A model generated the notes under the pieces. It saw only the letters and a program-made list of their open reading frames with translations. It was not told the DNA's origin and ran no database searches. Shown one piece after another: positions 22,632 to 31,597 of a DNA stretch of 33,152 nucleotides. Origin of the DNA: a virus; IMG/VR virus record IMGVR_UViG_3300045988_073372; one strand, 5' to 3'. The translations under genes were made by a program, and so were the position numbers. Each line of letters begins with the position of its first letter. The first letter of the stretch is position 1.

Positions 22632-22961
22632 TCAGACAACCTCCCAATCCCATGAGTAGTGGATCAGGTTGGTTTCTTCCTCATACAGCGCATCCGTCAG
22701 CTCCCAGGCCATTTCCATGGACTCCATGGCTTCCTGCACTTGATCCACTACCGGATCAAATTCAGTTTGTGTGTAGTAGTCCACTTTGCCGGTTATGCCC
22801 TGCTCGGCCTTGTGGTTGTCGGTTTCATATCCGTTATCACCGTCTTCTGCCCATACCAAAAAAGGGGCCTGTAATCTGGGCCGCCAGTAGTGGTATGTAT
22901 TGGGGGTTACCGCTGCAAAGGTCTCGCCGATGGCTTTAAGCCGTGATTGCAGAGATGTCAT
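22632..22961 (-). CDS. Head-tail joining / tail completion protein (hypothetical)
   Basis: Position within the head-tail joining block. ATG 22961 is 9 nt after AAAGGTGG. Confidence 0.5.
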   Translation of the reverse strand: MTSLQSRLKAIGETFAAVTPNTYHYWRPRLQAPFLVWAEDGDNGYETDNHKAEQGITGKVDYYTQTEFDPVVDQVQEAMESMEMAWELTDALYEEETNLIHYSWDWEVV

Positions 22962-23286
22962 ACAGATCATCCACCTTTCTAAGGGTCAGGTCGGTGACCT
23001 TCAAGCCGTCATCATCCAGCAGGTGCTGCACATTGTCAATCCGGTATTGCTCTCCGGTTTCCAGCACTGCGTACATGCCTATCTGGATATTTGGGTCAGC
23101 CCACACCCTTACAAGCATATCAATCTGCTGGTTTACGCCTTGCGCCGCGTAATACCGGCCATAGCCTATTGTTCGTGCGCCGTAAAAGTGCCGCCAGAGC
23201 TCTTGCAGCTGTGCCTTGGGCATTTGTCCCTGATTGGGAGGATACTCAAGGCGGCATATAGTCAGCAGTCCGTCATCGTAGGTCAT
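22936..23286 (-). CDS. Head closure / head-tail adaptor protein
   Basis: Position and size fit. ATGA overlap with the upstream gene. Confidence 0.55.
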   Translation of the reverse strand: MTYDDGLLTICRLEYPPNQGQMPKAQLQELWRHFYGARTIGYGRYYAAQGVNQQIDMLVRVWADPNIQIGMYAVLETGEQYRIDNVQHLLDDDGLKVTDLTLRKVDDLYDISAITA

Positions 23287-23555
23287 TGGGACACCTTCTC
23301 GCTAAACAGTCGGTTGTTCAGCGCCCACCGCAGCATTCGGGGCATGGGAGGGTTGTCCTCCGCCCTTTTGCGATAGAGATACGCGGCATACATCACTATC
23401 AGCTCGTTATCCTCCGGGGTGTCCTGCAAGCTGATTCCCTCCCGGGATATTAACTCCCGGGAGGTCAAGAGGAGGTGTGCAAGATAGTCATCGTATACCG
23501 TGGTGATCATGCTGAGGTTAAGCTTCAGCAGCTTGAGCAGATCTGCCTCGGTCAT
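23283..23555 (-). CDS. Head-tail connector (gp6-like)
   Basis: Directly follows the capsid gene. Starts LLKLNLSMITTVYDDYLAHLL. Confidence 0.6.
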   Translation of the reverse strand: MTEADLLKLLKLNLSMITTVYDDYLAHLLLTSRELISREGISLQDTPEDNELIVMYAAYLYRKRAEDNPPMPRMLRWALNNRLFSEKVSQ

Positions 23556-23563
23556 GCGCTGCC

Positions 23564-25219
23564 TCAGGACTTGGTGATGGTGACGGTGTACACCTTAACG
23601 GCGTTGCCGTTTTTCACGGTGATGGTCAGGGGCTTGGTGCCGGTGACGGGAGTGAGGGTTTCTCCGTTTACAATGTTCTTGCCGTTGTAGGTCAGCGCTA
23701 CGTTTGCGGCAGCCTGGGCAGGAGTGGCAACTACGGCAGCGGCAGCGGTCATGGTAGCGGTGTAAGCGGTGGTAGCCGCATCAAAGGCCGGAGTCAGAGT
23801 AAGCCCGCTGATACCGTCCAGGTCTGCATCATTGGCAGTGTCGGCGGCAAAGTCCATGGAGGTGGTCACATCGCTGCCGTTGATGTTGATAGCCACAAAG
23901 GCGCCGGGGATAACGGGAGCGCCGTCCGCTCTGGCCTTGCCGCGGAAAACGGTGTTGTCCTGGATAAACTGTACCTCCCGGCTGGCCTCGATGCTCATAC
24001 CGGCGCGCTGGACAAACAAGTACAAATCGCCATAGCCTCCGACGATATCGCCATCAGGCATAAACTCCAATACCTCGATGTCGCCGGAGACGATAGGCAG
24101 GATGCCGTACACGTTAGCCACCACGTCACCGGAGGCGGTAAAGGTGATAGCCTTGGATTTCAGCAGAGCGTAGGTCTTGGAGTTCATGGCCCAGAACTGA
24201 TTGCCCCGGCTGTAACGGGTAAAGGTGTTACCAGCCGCCACCTGCAAGGCCGCCCAGAACTCAGCGCCGGTCTTGTTGCTGGCGATCTGCTGGATGTTGC
24301 TGGTGTGCAGGTCAACCCAAGCCGGAGCGTTGGCAGGATAATCAGCAGGCTTGCTCTGCTGGGCAAGACGGGTCACAATGCCAAGAGGCATTCTGTTGGC
24401 TGCGCCCTTACCGTACAGGATAGCCTTATCCTCCGCCAGGCCGATGGCTTCCGCCAGCATCTCCACGATCCAGCTGGCAAGATTTACATCGTTGTCCTCC
24501 AGCAGGCTGTTGCACACAGGCACATAACCGGCTACTTTGTATCCGTCCAGGGTGACCTGGTTAAATGCAAAGGTCAGTTCGTTGATGGCCGCGCACATTT
24601 CAGTCCATACGGCTTCGGGGACGGTTCCGGCAATGGTCTGCCGGGCTTCGCCGGAGACGTTGCGCACGCGCACCCGCCGCAGCAGCTTGCTATAGCGGTA
24701 CATGTTCTCGGCGATCAGATCCAGCATGACCACGGGGATAGTCAGCTCGCCGCCAGTGATGGCCCGGCTCTGACCCTTCATGCTTCTGAGCTGACCCAAA
24801 AATTCTTTTACCTGGTTGTCGCCCAGGATCATGCTACGCTCTTCTATGGTGAGAGCGTCAAACGCCCGGACGCTCATATCCAGGCTGCGTACATTGGTTT
24901 TGATGTGCATCTTGTTGCTCCTCTCGGTTTTCTTTTCAGGGTCGGGAGCCTTGCGCTCCAGGTCGGTAAGGTCTTTTTCGAGCCCTTCGATTTCGGCGTT
25001 GAGGGTATTCACTGCCTCTTCGTGGGCCTTTTTCTCCGTGTCAAACTTCTCCACTTCCTCAGATACGGCTTTCTGGGCTTCTTCGTCCTCAGCCTCACCG
25101 ATAGCGGTTTCCAGTTCCTTTTCCCGGGTCTCAAAGTCTTTATCTTTGGCCCTGAGTTCTTCCAGCTGCTTCTTTTTCAGATCGATAGACCGCCGCAGCA
25201 TGATGGTTTTAAGTGCCAT
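23564..25219 (-). CDS. Major capsid protein, HK97 fold, with N-terminal delta (scaffold) domain and C-terminal cadherin-like/Ig-like domain
   Basis: The first ~105 aa are coiled coil. The HK97-like core follows. The C-terminal ~80 aa read LTLTPAFDAATTAYTATM...LTITVKNGNAVKVYTVTITKS. Confidence 0.9.
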   Translation of the reverse strand: MALKTIMLRRSIDLKKKQLEELRAKDKDFETREKELETAIGEAEDEEAQKAVSEEVEKFDTEKKAHEEAVNTLNAEIEGLEKDLTDLERKAPDPEKKTERSNKMHIKTNVRSLDMSVRAFDALTIEERSMILGDNQVKEFLGQLRSMKGQSRAITGGELTIPVVMLDLIAENMYRYSKLLRRVRVRNVSGEARQTIAGTVPEAVWTEMCAAINELTFAFNQVTLDGYKVAGYVPVCNSLLEDNDVNLASWIVEMLAEAIGLAEDKAILYGKGAANRMPLGIVTRLAQQSKPADYPANAPAWVDLHTSNIQQIASNKTGAEFWAALQVAAGNTFTRYSRGNQFWAMNSKTYALLKSKAITFTASGDVVANVYGILPIVSGDIEVLEFMPDGDIVGGYGDLYLFVQRAGMSIEASREVQFIQDNTVFRGKARADGAPVIPGAFVAININGSDVTTSMDFAADTANDADLDGISGLTLTPAFDAATTAYTATMTAAAAVVATPAQAAANVALTYNGKNIVNGETLTPVTGTKPLTITVKNGNAVKVYTVTITKS

Positions 25220-25790
25220 TTGCAGCTCCTTTCAGCTTGGCGGTCATTTCATCCCGCCATTTTTTTACTTGTCGTTTCTTGATTTCGTCCCGCTCTGCTT
25301 TTCTGGCCTGCACGCCGGTATCCTCGTAAGCCGGAAAGGTCACTACGGACACCTCGTACAGTTTGACCTTGCGGATGTGCCAGGCAGCGGGTTCCCCGTC
25401 TTTGTACTCCACGTACTCATCCGTGATATCAAACCCAAAGGAGCACTGAGACACGTCCCCGCGTTTTACACGTTCGTACAGGTTCACCGCGTCCTGGTCA
25501 GCCTGATTCACAAGGATGCTGCCCCAAAGACCTCTTTCATCCAGTCGGAGGGTCAGCGTGCCGGAGATCGTGCGCCCCAGCACCAGAGTAGTATCATGGT
25601 TGGTCAGGGCCCGCACATCTCCGTCCGTTTCGCCATCAAACGCGCCGGGGTCTATGGTTTCATACGCTCCATCCCATAACTCATACCGGCTGTTGTATAC
25701 GGCAAAATATCCTTCGATGTACAAGTTTCCGTCCTCCGCCCGGGTGTTAAAATCCCCGTTGCGGGAAATAGCGTAGCGTTTACAGATCAT
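25209..25790 (-). CDS. Prohead protease (HK97 family)
   Basis: YIEGYFAVYNSRYELWDGAYETIDPGAFD...RALTNHD pattern. ATG 25790 with a GGAGG RBS. Confidence 0.85.
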   Translation of the reverse strand: MICKRYAISRNGDFNTRAEDGNLYIEGYFAVYNSRYELWDGAYETIDPGAFDGETDGDVRALTNHDTTLVLGRTISGTLTLRLDERGLWGSILVNQADQDAVNLYERVKRGDVSQCSFGFDITDEYVEYKDGEPAAWHIRKVKLYEVSVVTFPAYEDTGVQARKAERDEIKKRQVKKWRDEMTAKLKGAANGT

Positions 25791-26976
25791 CTGCACCGCC
25801 TCCGTTCAATTTGTTTTGTTCCCCGATCATTCCACGGGGGATGTAGTTCTCCAGTATAACCAATTCGTCCAAACCATCCAGGGGAGGCAAACCCAGCCAA
25901 TCCCTAACCTCATTTCCCAGCATAATGCCGCGTACATACTGGTCATCTGCCACATCCGCCAGTTCGGTAAGGTCATAGCTGTACAGGCTCCGACTATTAA
26001 AGCGGAAATACAGATCCGGGCTATATAAGAGCTTACGCGTTAATTCCTGCTGGATGTTCTGCGCCAATGGCATGATGCGCGTGGAAATAAAGTTGTTCCA
26101 CGCTTCCTTTCTGAAGTCTCCCACGCCCAGCACAAACGGCGGCACCCCAAGAATGGTGGCAACCGTCTGCTTGTCCAGTTTCACAAAGTCCGCCAGCGCA
26201 AGATCAGATAAAGTCAAAGGCTTTACCTGTTCCACAGAAAACTGCTCCGATGGTATCAGCCAGGGTTCCCCAGCTTCTCCGCTCATGGCGTAGCTTTCCA
26301 GCAGTTTTTTTCTGCCATCGGGGCTGGAAAACTCATCCGTCAAAGCGTCCACTTTGACGATTATGGACGGTTTCCACTTGGACGACATAAAGCCCCGTTC
26401 CGTTGCCGATGCCTGTTTGAGGTTTGTTGCAACGCTCGACAAGGCTATTTGATACCCTTCGCCCAGCCACGGGTAATAACTCCCGGGGTTTGCAACAAAG
26501 TGAAGCACGTCCTCGGGATCGTACTCCTGACCGGCTACAATCACCTTGTAGCCAAACGCCCCATCCGGCACAAAGGACGCAAACGCGGGAGGGATAGGCA
26601 CCAGCTGCCGAATATACCCGCTTTCCGTCCTTGGATAGACAACCGCATTCCCGTGCCCGTCCAATAACATGGTGCGCACGATCCACTGCACAAAGTTGGA
26701 TCTGGTCATGTACTTGTTGGGGTTTATGTCCACTCTCCGGCTTAGCTCGTTGACTATGCGCACATCGCCCCGGTCGGTATTCTGCATAAGGTGGATGGTC
26801 ATGGCTCCGATCAACCGTGCAATGGTGTCCACCGCCGTTATGATCTCCGGGTTATGTGCCAGGTTGGTATATCCGGCACACGCAAGAGATGCATCATCGC
26901 CAGCCCAAAAACCGACTATGCCGCGCTTTTTAGGTTCCGCCCTCGGTGCCGGACGGCTTCTGTTCTTTTTACTCAC
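25780..26976 (-). CDS. Portal protein (HK97 family)
   Basis: 398 aa, located between terL and the protease gene. The GTG start overlaps the terL TGA. Confidence 0.9.
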   Translation of the reverse strand: MSKKNRSRPAPRAEPKKRGIVGFWAGDDASLACAGYTNLAHNPEIITAVDTIARLIGAMTIHLMQNTDRGDVRIVNELSRRVDINPNKYMTRSNFVQWIVRTMLLDGHGNAVVYPRTESGYIRQLVPIPPAFASFVPDGAFGYKVIVAGQEYDPEDVLHFVANPGSYYPWLGEGYQIALSSVATNLKQASATERGFMSSKWKPSIIVKVDALTDEFSSPDGRKKLLESYAMSGEAGEPWLIPSEQFSVEQVKPLTLSDLALADFVKLDKQTVATILGVPPFVLGVGDFRKEAWNNFISTRIMPLAQNIQQELTRKLLYSPDLYFRFNSRSLYSYDLTELADVADDQYVRGIMLGNEVRDWLGLPPLDGLDELVILENYIPRGMIGEQNKLNGGGADDL

Positions 26977-28721
26977 TCTTCATTTTCTCCCCACCATTTT
27001 TTCCCGGCCTTGGATCTCTCAAGGCTCTCAAGGTAGCGGATGCAGGCAAACACTGACGCATCAAACAGGTCGATTCGGTGTTCCGGCTGCACCTTGTCAT
27101 ATTGGATCATGTCGTCCGTTTTCTCTACGGCTGACACGTTCTCCACGCAGTATTCATACGCTTCGCTGTGCAGGTAGCACAGGCTTCCGTTTTTAGCACA
27201 TTGTTCAATGTGCCGGAAGCCTTCTGATTTTTTGTAGTAATACTGAGGCTGGTCGATGATCTTAAATCCTGCCTCTTTCATGCCGATAAAATATTCCCGG
27301 CAGAATTTGCGGTCATGGCCCACCTGCCGGATCTTAAATCCCTTTTTGCGCATGGCCACAAACCAGTTGACCACATCGGCATGGTTGACGGTTGGGGTGT
27401 TGCACATGGTCAGCCACCCGTCATCCTGCCAACCAAACAAGGGGATATTGTCCTCATCTGCTTTTTCGTGTGCCCTGACGATCGGGAAAAATGCATGGGA
27501 AATGATGATATCCGTCCCTTTGTAATTCCCGTACAAACATGCTGCCGTCAGGTCGTGCAGCTTTGACAGGTCAGCGCCTCCGTACCAGTCAATGGGCAGC
27601 TTCGCCAGTTCGTCAAGCGTCCAGGTGTATTTCTGGTCGCTCTTCCTAAATTCATCGATGTCAAAATAGGCCCGCATGGCGGAGGAATACACGTTCAGAG
27701 ATTTCGCAAAAAAGTCCTTCCGCTGCTGCGGATCGTTAAGCGCCTGTAGGCTGTCGTTTAAGATCTCCGCAGGCCGTATGCTCACGCCATAAGCCGGATT
27801 TGCCATTTCGTGGATCTTAGGATCCGTAAAATCTACGCTCCCGTCCCGCACCCCATCCGGAGCGCAGCACACAAAAATAAAATATTGTTCGTCCTTCACC
27901 GTGCCGTCCAGCACCTTCCGGCAATACTTTAATCGTTGTCCCAAAAAAGCCTGCTCGTTATCGCCAGCCGTGGAAATGCCGATCAGCAGTTTGTTTGTGT
28001 AGGCTTTCATGGCCTCCTTAAACAGGTTGTATTGCTTCGGCTTCTTAAAGGCGTGGATTTCATCACATATCGCAATGTTGCAGTTCAAAGAGTCTTGTGT
28101 GTCCGCGTTCGCCGCCAAGGCCCGGATAAAAAAAGAACCGTCCGGAAGATCGGCGGTCATGGAGTGCTCGTTGTTGTTGTCTATGATTTTTACCGCCCCG
28201 CCGTGCTTTTCATCCTCGCCCATCCGCTCCACGTTGTAGCGCAGGAAGTTATAGGATTCCAGAGACTGCATAAGGGCAGCTGACGCAATGTACATTTTCG
28301 CCCCGCTGCGCCTGTACCATAATGACAGGGCCCAGCTGAGGGCAGCGGCAAAGGTCGTTTTAATATTTTTCCGAGGCACAAAAATAAGCGCCTCGTGGTA
28401 CCTTACAATATCCGTTCCCCTGAGCTTAAAGCCCAGGAGATTGTAGATAATAAACTTGTGGTACGGTTCCAGCAAAAACGGCTTCCCGCGCAACGGTGTT
28501 CCGTCTAGCTGCTCCCCTTGTTGGTGTACCAGTGTTTTTTCAATGATCTGGATGCAAAACTCCGGCCCTTTGGGATGCATCTCATATTCCGGATTTTCCA
28601 GATCCGCAAAAAATCGCTCGACCGCCTGCTTGAGTTCCGCGCAGGCAATTTTCTCGCCGCTCCGTATGCTTTCGGCGTACTTCAGCACCACGGGCCAGTT
28701 TTTACCCTTAGTCTGTTTCAA
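26973..28721 (-). CDS. terL: Terminase large subunit
   Basis: 582 aa, Terminase_1-like. Walker-type region [10 protein letters not shown] and nuclease C-terminal half. The only available start is TTG 28721, overlapping the terS end. Confidence 0.9.
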   Translation of the reverse strand: MKQTKGKNWPVVLKYAESIRSGEKIACAELKQAVERFFADLENPEYEMHPKGPEFCIQIIEKTLVHQQGEQLDGTPLRGKPFLLEPYHKFIIYNLLGFKLRGTDIVRYHEALIFVPRKNIKTTFAAALSWALSLWYRRSGAKMYIASAALMQSLESYNFLRYNVERMGEDEKHGGAVKIIDNNNEHSMTADLPDGSFFIRALAANADTQDSLNCNIAICDEIHAFKKPKQYNLFKEAMKAYTNKLLIGISTAGDNEQAFLGQRLKYCRKVLDGTVKDEQYFIFVCCAPDGVRDGSVDFTDPKIHEMANPAYGVSIRPAEILNDSLQALNDPQQRKDFFAKSLNVYSSAMRAYFDIDEFRKSDQKYTWTLDELAKLPIDWYGGADLSKLHDLTAACLYGNYKGTDIIISHAFFPIVRAHEKADEDNIPLFGWQDDGWLTMCNTPTVNHADVVNWFVAMRKKGFKIRQVGHDRKFCREYFIGMKEAGFKIIDQPQYYYKKSEGFRHIEQCAKNGSLCYLHSEAYEYCVENVSAVEKTDDMIQYDKVQPEHRIDLFDASVFACIRYLESLERSKAGKKWWGENEE

Positions 28722-29097
28722 TCTGCATCAGAGCAGCGGCAAGGCCGCTCGGTTTTTCTTTTGTGGGCCCGTCACCGCTTACTTTTTTGTAGCTGCTGGG
28801 TGTGAGCCCCAGTTCCCGCCAGTACGCCAGAGCGGATTTATTCAGATCGTCCCACAAAATAAGCAGTGGATTTTTGACAATGTTCGTTGCGCCTCCTTTG
28901 TTGGTGTGTCTCACCACAGGATTTCCTCCCGTATCCTCGTACAGATCAAGCGCATCGTCCCGTTTCTCTAAAATACCGGCAAGGGTGGTGATAAGGGGCG
29001 CGTATTCCTTCGGCGTGATGCCTTTTTCACGGCACATTTTCTTTATTATTTTTTCCCATGCTCCGGTATCCACTTTAGTTATCCCCCTTTTCCACAA
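28708..29097 (-). CDS. terS: Terminase small subunit (P27 family)
   Basis: [16 protein letters not shown]...[10 protein letters not shown] pattern. The start is TTG 29097 or, more likely, GTG 29073, which lies 8 nt after AAGGGGGA. Confidence 0.8.
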   Translation of the reverse strand: MWKRGITKVDTGAWEKIIKKMCREKGITPKEYAPLITTLAGILEKRDDALDLYEDTGGNPVVRHTNKGGATNIVKNPLLILWDDLNKSALAYWRELGLTPSSYKKVSGDGPTKEKPSGLAAALMQIETD

Positions 29098-29172
29098 TTG
29101 TCTCTCAGAGTTGGAAAAAGTTACCCGCCCCAGTAGAGAAAGCCGGGAAGGGGCCGTCCCGATGAGGGGGGG

Positions 29173-29415
29173 TTATCGCTTCCAATTGCCACCTTTTTCC
29201 GGGTGTTGTTTGTTGTGACACGCATGGCAGAGGCTTATCAGGTTATTATTTTCCCATACAAGCTCCGGATATTCGTCCGCACGTTTGATGTGGTGTACCT
29301 CTGTCGCCTCAACTGCCCTGCCGTATCTCTTGCAGTGCTGGCATTTGTATCCGTCCCGGCGCAGGATGGCCGCACGCTTGCGCTTCCACCGCGTGGATGT
29401 ATAGTCAAACGGCAT
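29173..29415 (-). CDS. HNH endonuclease (packaging-associated)
   Basis: CQHCKRYG...VHHIKR...NLISLCHACHNKQH. ATG 29415 overlaps the methyltransferase TGA as ATGA. Confidence 0.9.
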   Translation of the reverse strand: MPFDYTSTRWKRKRAAILRRDGYKCQHCKRYGRAVEATEVHHIKRADEYPELVWENNNLISLCHACHNKQHPEKGGNWKR

Positions 29416-30151
29416 CAATCGTTCCCCGCAAATAGTTTTATCTTTGTTCTTTCGGTTTCCAGCCTCTTTGTCGCCATATCAAAATATCCTTTGTGCGTCT
29501 CAAAGCCCCAGTATTCCAGCCCCGCACGGTGACATGCGATTAAACTTGATGCACTGCCCACGTGTGTATCAAGTATCTTGTATCCCGGTTTTGCGTAGTG
29601 GTTAAGCAGCCAGGTATACAAGGAGATTGGTTTCTGCGTGGGGTGGAATCTTTTCTCAGTGTTTCCTTGTGAGCTTGCTTCCACATACGCCGCATTCCCT
29701 GGAAAAGAAGTCCAGGCATATTCAACCGGAGCCATGGAAAATCCTTCCCTCGGGATGTTTGTCTTGCGCCATACGATAAAGCAGCGCGTAGGTGGGAGAT
29801 CAAAGTAATTCCCGCCCCATATAATCTGGTCATTGCTGACCCGGGCGAGCTCCCGAAAGTATGAATCATCCGGTGCAACGTCCCATGTGCGTATATCTGC
29901 GTCGTCAAAGATACCCCCTTGACTGTATTTCGTCGCCCATGTCCCGCCCGTCCGACAAATCGTAACGCGAGAACCGTCCTCCAAATCTTCCGGTCGGGCC
30001 GTTCCAGTCAGTTGCCCCCCACAAGACCACTCTTGTTTGCATTTGCAGCGTTGCCGTATGGAGGATCAACTATGGCCAGATCAAAAAACTTGTCTGGGAA
30101 CATTTTCATCCCGTCCATGCAGTCCATGTTATATAAGCCAGTTTCCAACAT
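29415..30151 (-). pseudogene. DNA methyltransferase (N6A/N4C, DPPY...HPTQKP type) split by a frameshift at a G6 tract
   Basis: The N-terminal ORF, ATG 30151 to TGA 30008, reads MLETGLYNMDCMDGMKMFPDKFFDLAIVDPPYG...GLVGGN*. The remainder (to 29415) is in the -1 frame: GGTWATKY...QIIWGGNYF...HPTQKP...LDTHVGSASS. The frames overlap at the C6 on the + strand, 30015-30020. Confidence 0.8.
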
Positions 30152-30242
30152 TTCGCTCTCCTTGTGCGCCGCCGCTCCACCTCCGGCTGCCTATGGCGCT
30201 ATCCCCTCCCCACATCCCCGCACGCAGGAGGAGGACGCGCGG

Positions 30243-30269
30243 AAACTAAAAGCCGCCCTTCCGGACGGC
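30243..30269 (-). terminator. Intrinsic terminator in the leader upstream of the methyltransferase/packaging genes
   Basis: On the - sense: GCCGUCC-GGAA-GGGCGGC followed by UUUUAGUUU. Confidence 0.6.
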
Positions 30270-30315
30270 TCGAAACTGGTCTGCCTGGTGGCTTTTCCTC
30301 CCGCCACCATGGCTT

Positions 30316-30354
30316 ATTATCAATATACCACGGACTTACCGGACATACCGGACA
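30316..30354 (-). promoter_or_regulatory. Candidate late promoter: tandem 9-bp repeats plus an extended -10
   Basis: On the - sense: TGTCCGGTA TGTCCGGTA AGTCCGTGGTA, then TGGTATATT/GATAAT. There is no -35 match. Confidence 0.4.
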
Positions 30355-30777
30355 TTACAGATTTTTTTCCAAAAATCTTCTCACTCGCTTCCGCGCCGCC
30401 TCCTCAAAATGCGGAGATCCGTACATGCGCTTTGCTACCTGCCGCCAGGTAAGTCCATCCACGTACCGGAGCACGATCATTCTCCGCACCTTGATATCCC
30501 TCACAGAGGATATATATTCCTCCACATCCGCCAGCTGCTCCTGAGCATCCGCCAGACGGTTCCGGCGCAGGGTGTCTATCCTTCGCAATGCAGCTTCCTG
30601 CCTGCGGGATATACCGGATACCTTTATGGTATGTGCGCAGTATGGCCATTCCGGCGCGGATCCTCTCACGGTATCCGCCAGAATATCCAACCTATCCATA
30701 AGGCGCTTTTTGCGCTCCTCCAGATCGGCAACCTCATCCGCCAGCGCACGGTAGTTTTCCAACTGCTCTATGGTCAT
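30355..30777 (-). CDS. DUF1492 / sigma-70 region-4-like late transcription regulator
   Basis: The C-terminus reads VRRMIVLRYVDGLTWRQVAKRMYGSPHFEEAARKRVRRFLEK. It lies upstream of the packaging genes. ATG 30777. Confidence 0.65.
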   Translation of the reverse strand: MTIEQLENYRALADEVADLEERKKRLMDRLDILADTVRGSAPEWPYCAHTIKVSGISRRQEAALRRIDTLRRNRLADAQEQLADVEEYISSVRDIKVRRMIVLRYVDGLTWRQVAKRMYGSPHFEEAARKRVRRFLEKNL

Positions 30778-30820
30778 ATTTCCCTTTCCGCCCGTCAAGC
30801 CGATAGCGCAGCTACGCTTT

Positions 30821-31582
30821 TTACTCTTTGATTTCCAGCATTGTTATATAGGAATTGTGTCGTTCATCCACTAAGAATCCCGGATGTTTAGCATCCTCTG
30901 CGTCCCGGTAAGGCTCTTTCCTGTTTTTGGGGTACTTATCTCCATCGTCCGCAGTCACAATTCCGTCTTTATATTCGTAAATTTTACCGACAGTCCACCA
31001 GTTAAATCCGCCATTCTCCACGCACACCATCTTACCGTTGTAATACTTCGGTTTCTCCGGATCGATGACTTTATGACTTCTTCTATACGCCCGAATGGAT
31101 ACCTTGTACCGCTTCCCTGATTCAAACTTTTCAGGATACGCAGGAGATTCGATATCTTCCTTCTTCAACGCCCTCCTGAGTGCCAGTTCACATCCGGTAT
31201 ATAGGTCAAACTGATCGTCCGGTGAGCACTTCGCCGTGCCGTGCAAATCTCCCATGTGTACGGTAATGGTGTTGCCGTTGCGCTTGATTACGCCGATGGT
31301 TTCTTCACGTTCAAACTCGGAGAAGGGGACGATTTTCCAACCTTCGTTTTTGTGGCATCCAGCCGTGGAATGTGTGAGATCCTTGTCTCGCTTAGCACCA
31401 AACCCGCACTCTATTTGGTGCCCATCAAGGCCGCTTCCAGTGGCAAAGCCGTCAAGAGGTAACATTCCTCCGCACCACCTAAGCCCCGCCTTCTGGCACA
31501 TCTTCAAGAACTCAATCCGTTCTTCTCTGTTCGCAAAGCTGACCGCAATTTTCTTCTCAATAAAATCATTCATGGTATACAT
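30821..31582 (-). CDS. Hypothetical protein (253 aa)
   Basis: AAAGGAG RBS. The central motif GDLHGTAKCSPDDQFDLYTGCELALRRAL is common in phage proteins of unknown function. Confidence 0.6.
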   Translation of the reverse strand: MYTMNDFIEKKIAVSFANREERIEFLKMCQKAGLRWCGGMLPLDGFATGSGLDGHQIECGFGAKRDKDLTHSTAGCHKNEGWKIVPFSEFEREETIGVIKRNGNTITVHMGDLHGTAKCSPDDQFDLYTGCELALRRALKKEDIESPAYPEKFESGKRYKVSIRAYRRSHKVIDPEKPKYYNGKMVCVENGGFNWWTVGKIYEYKDGIVTADDGDKYPKNRKEPYRDAEDAKHPGFLVDERHNSYITMLEIKE

Positions 31583-31597
31583 GGTTTTTCTCCTTTC

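Noticed and set aside
10127-25679. Many + strand ORFs of 60-340 aa across the late region (for example 10127-11023, 12322-13209, 13398-14225, 19367-20044, 20317-21159, 21475-22158, 22199-22939, 24305-25282, 24816-25679). Others of the same kind lie at 1530-2375 and 31610-32623.
   Set aside because: All lie antisense to, or out of frame with, - strand genes that have clear phage homology, RBSs and coupled starts. Their compositions are typical of GC-rich shadow frames.
30188-30215. G-runs on the - sense (GGGGATGTGGGGAGGGG) as a possible G-quadruplex in the methyltransferase leader
   Set aside because: Only three G-tracts of at least 3 are present, and a fourth is missing within a reasonable loop distance.
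30326-30354. Tandem 9-bp repeats considered as a CRISPR-like or minisatellite array
   Set aside because: There are only 2 perfect and 1 degenerate copy with no spacers. It is far too short for CRISPR and is treated as a regulatory repeat instead. No CRISPR array is seen anywhere in the window.
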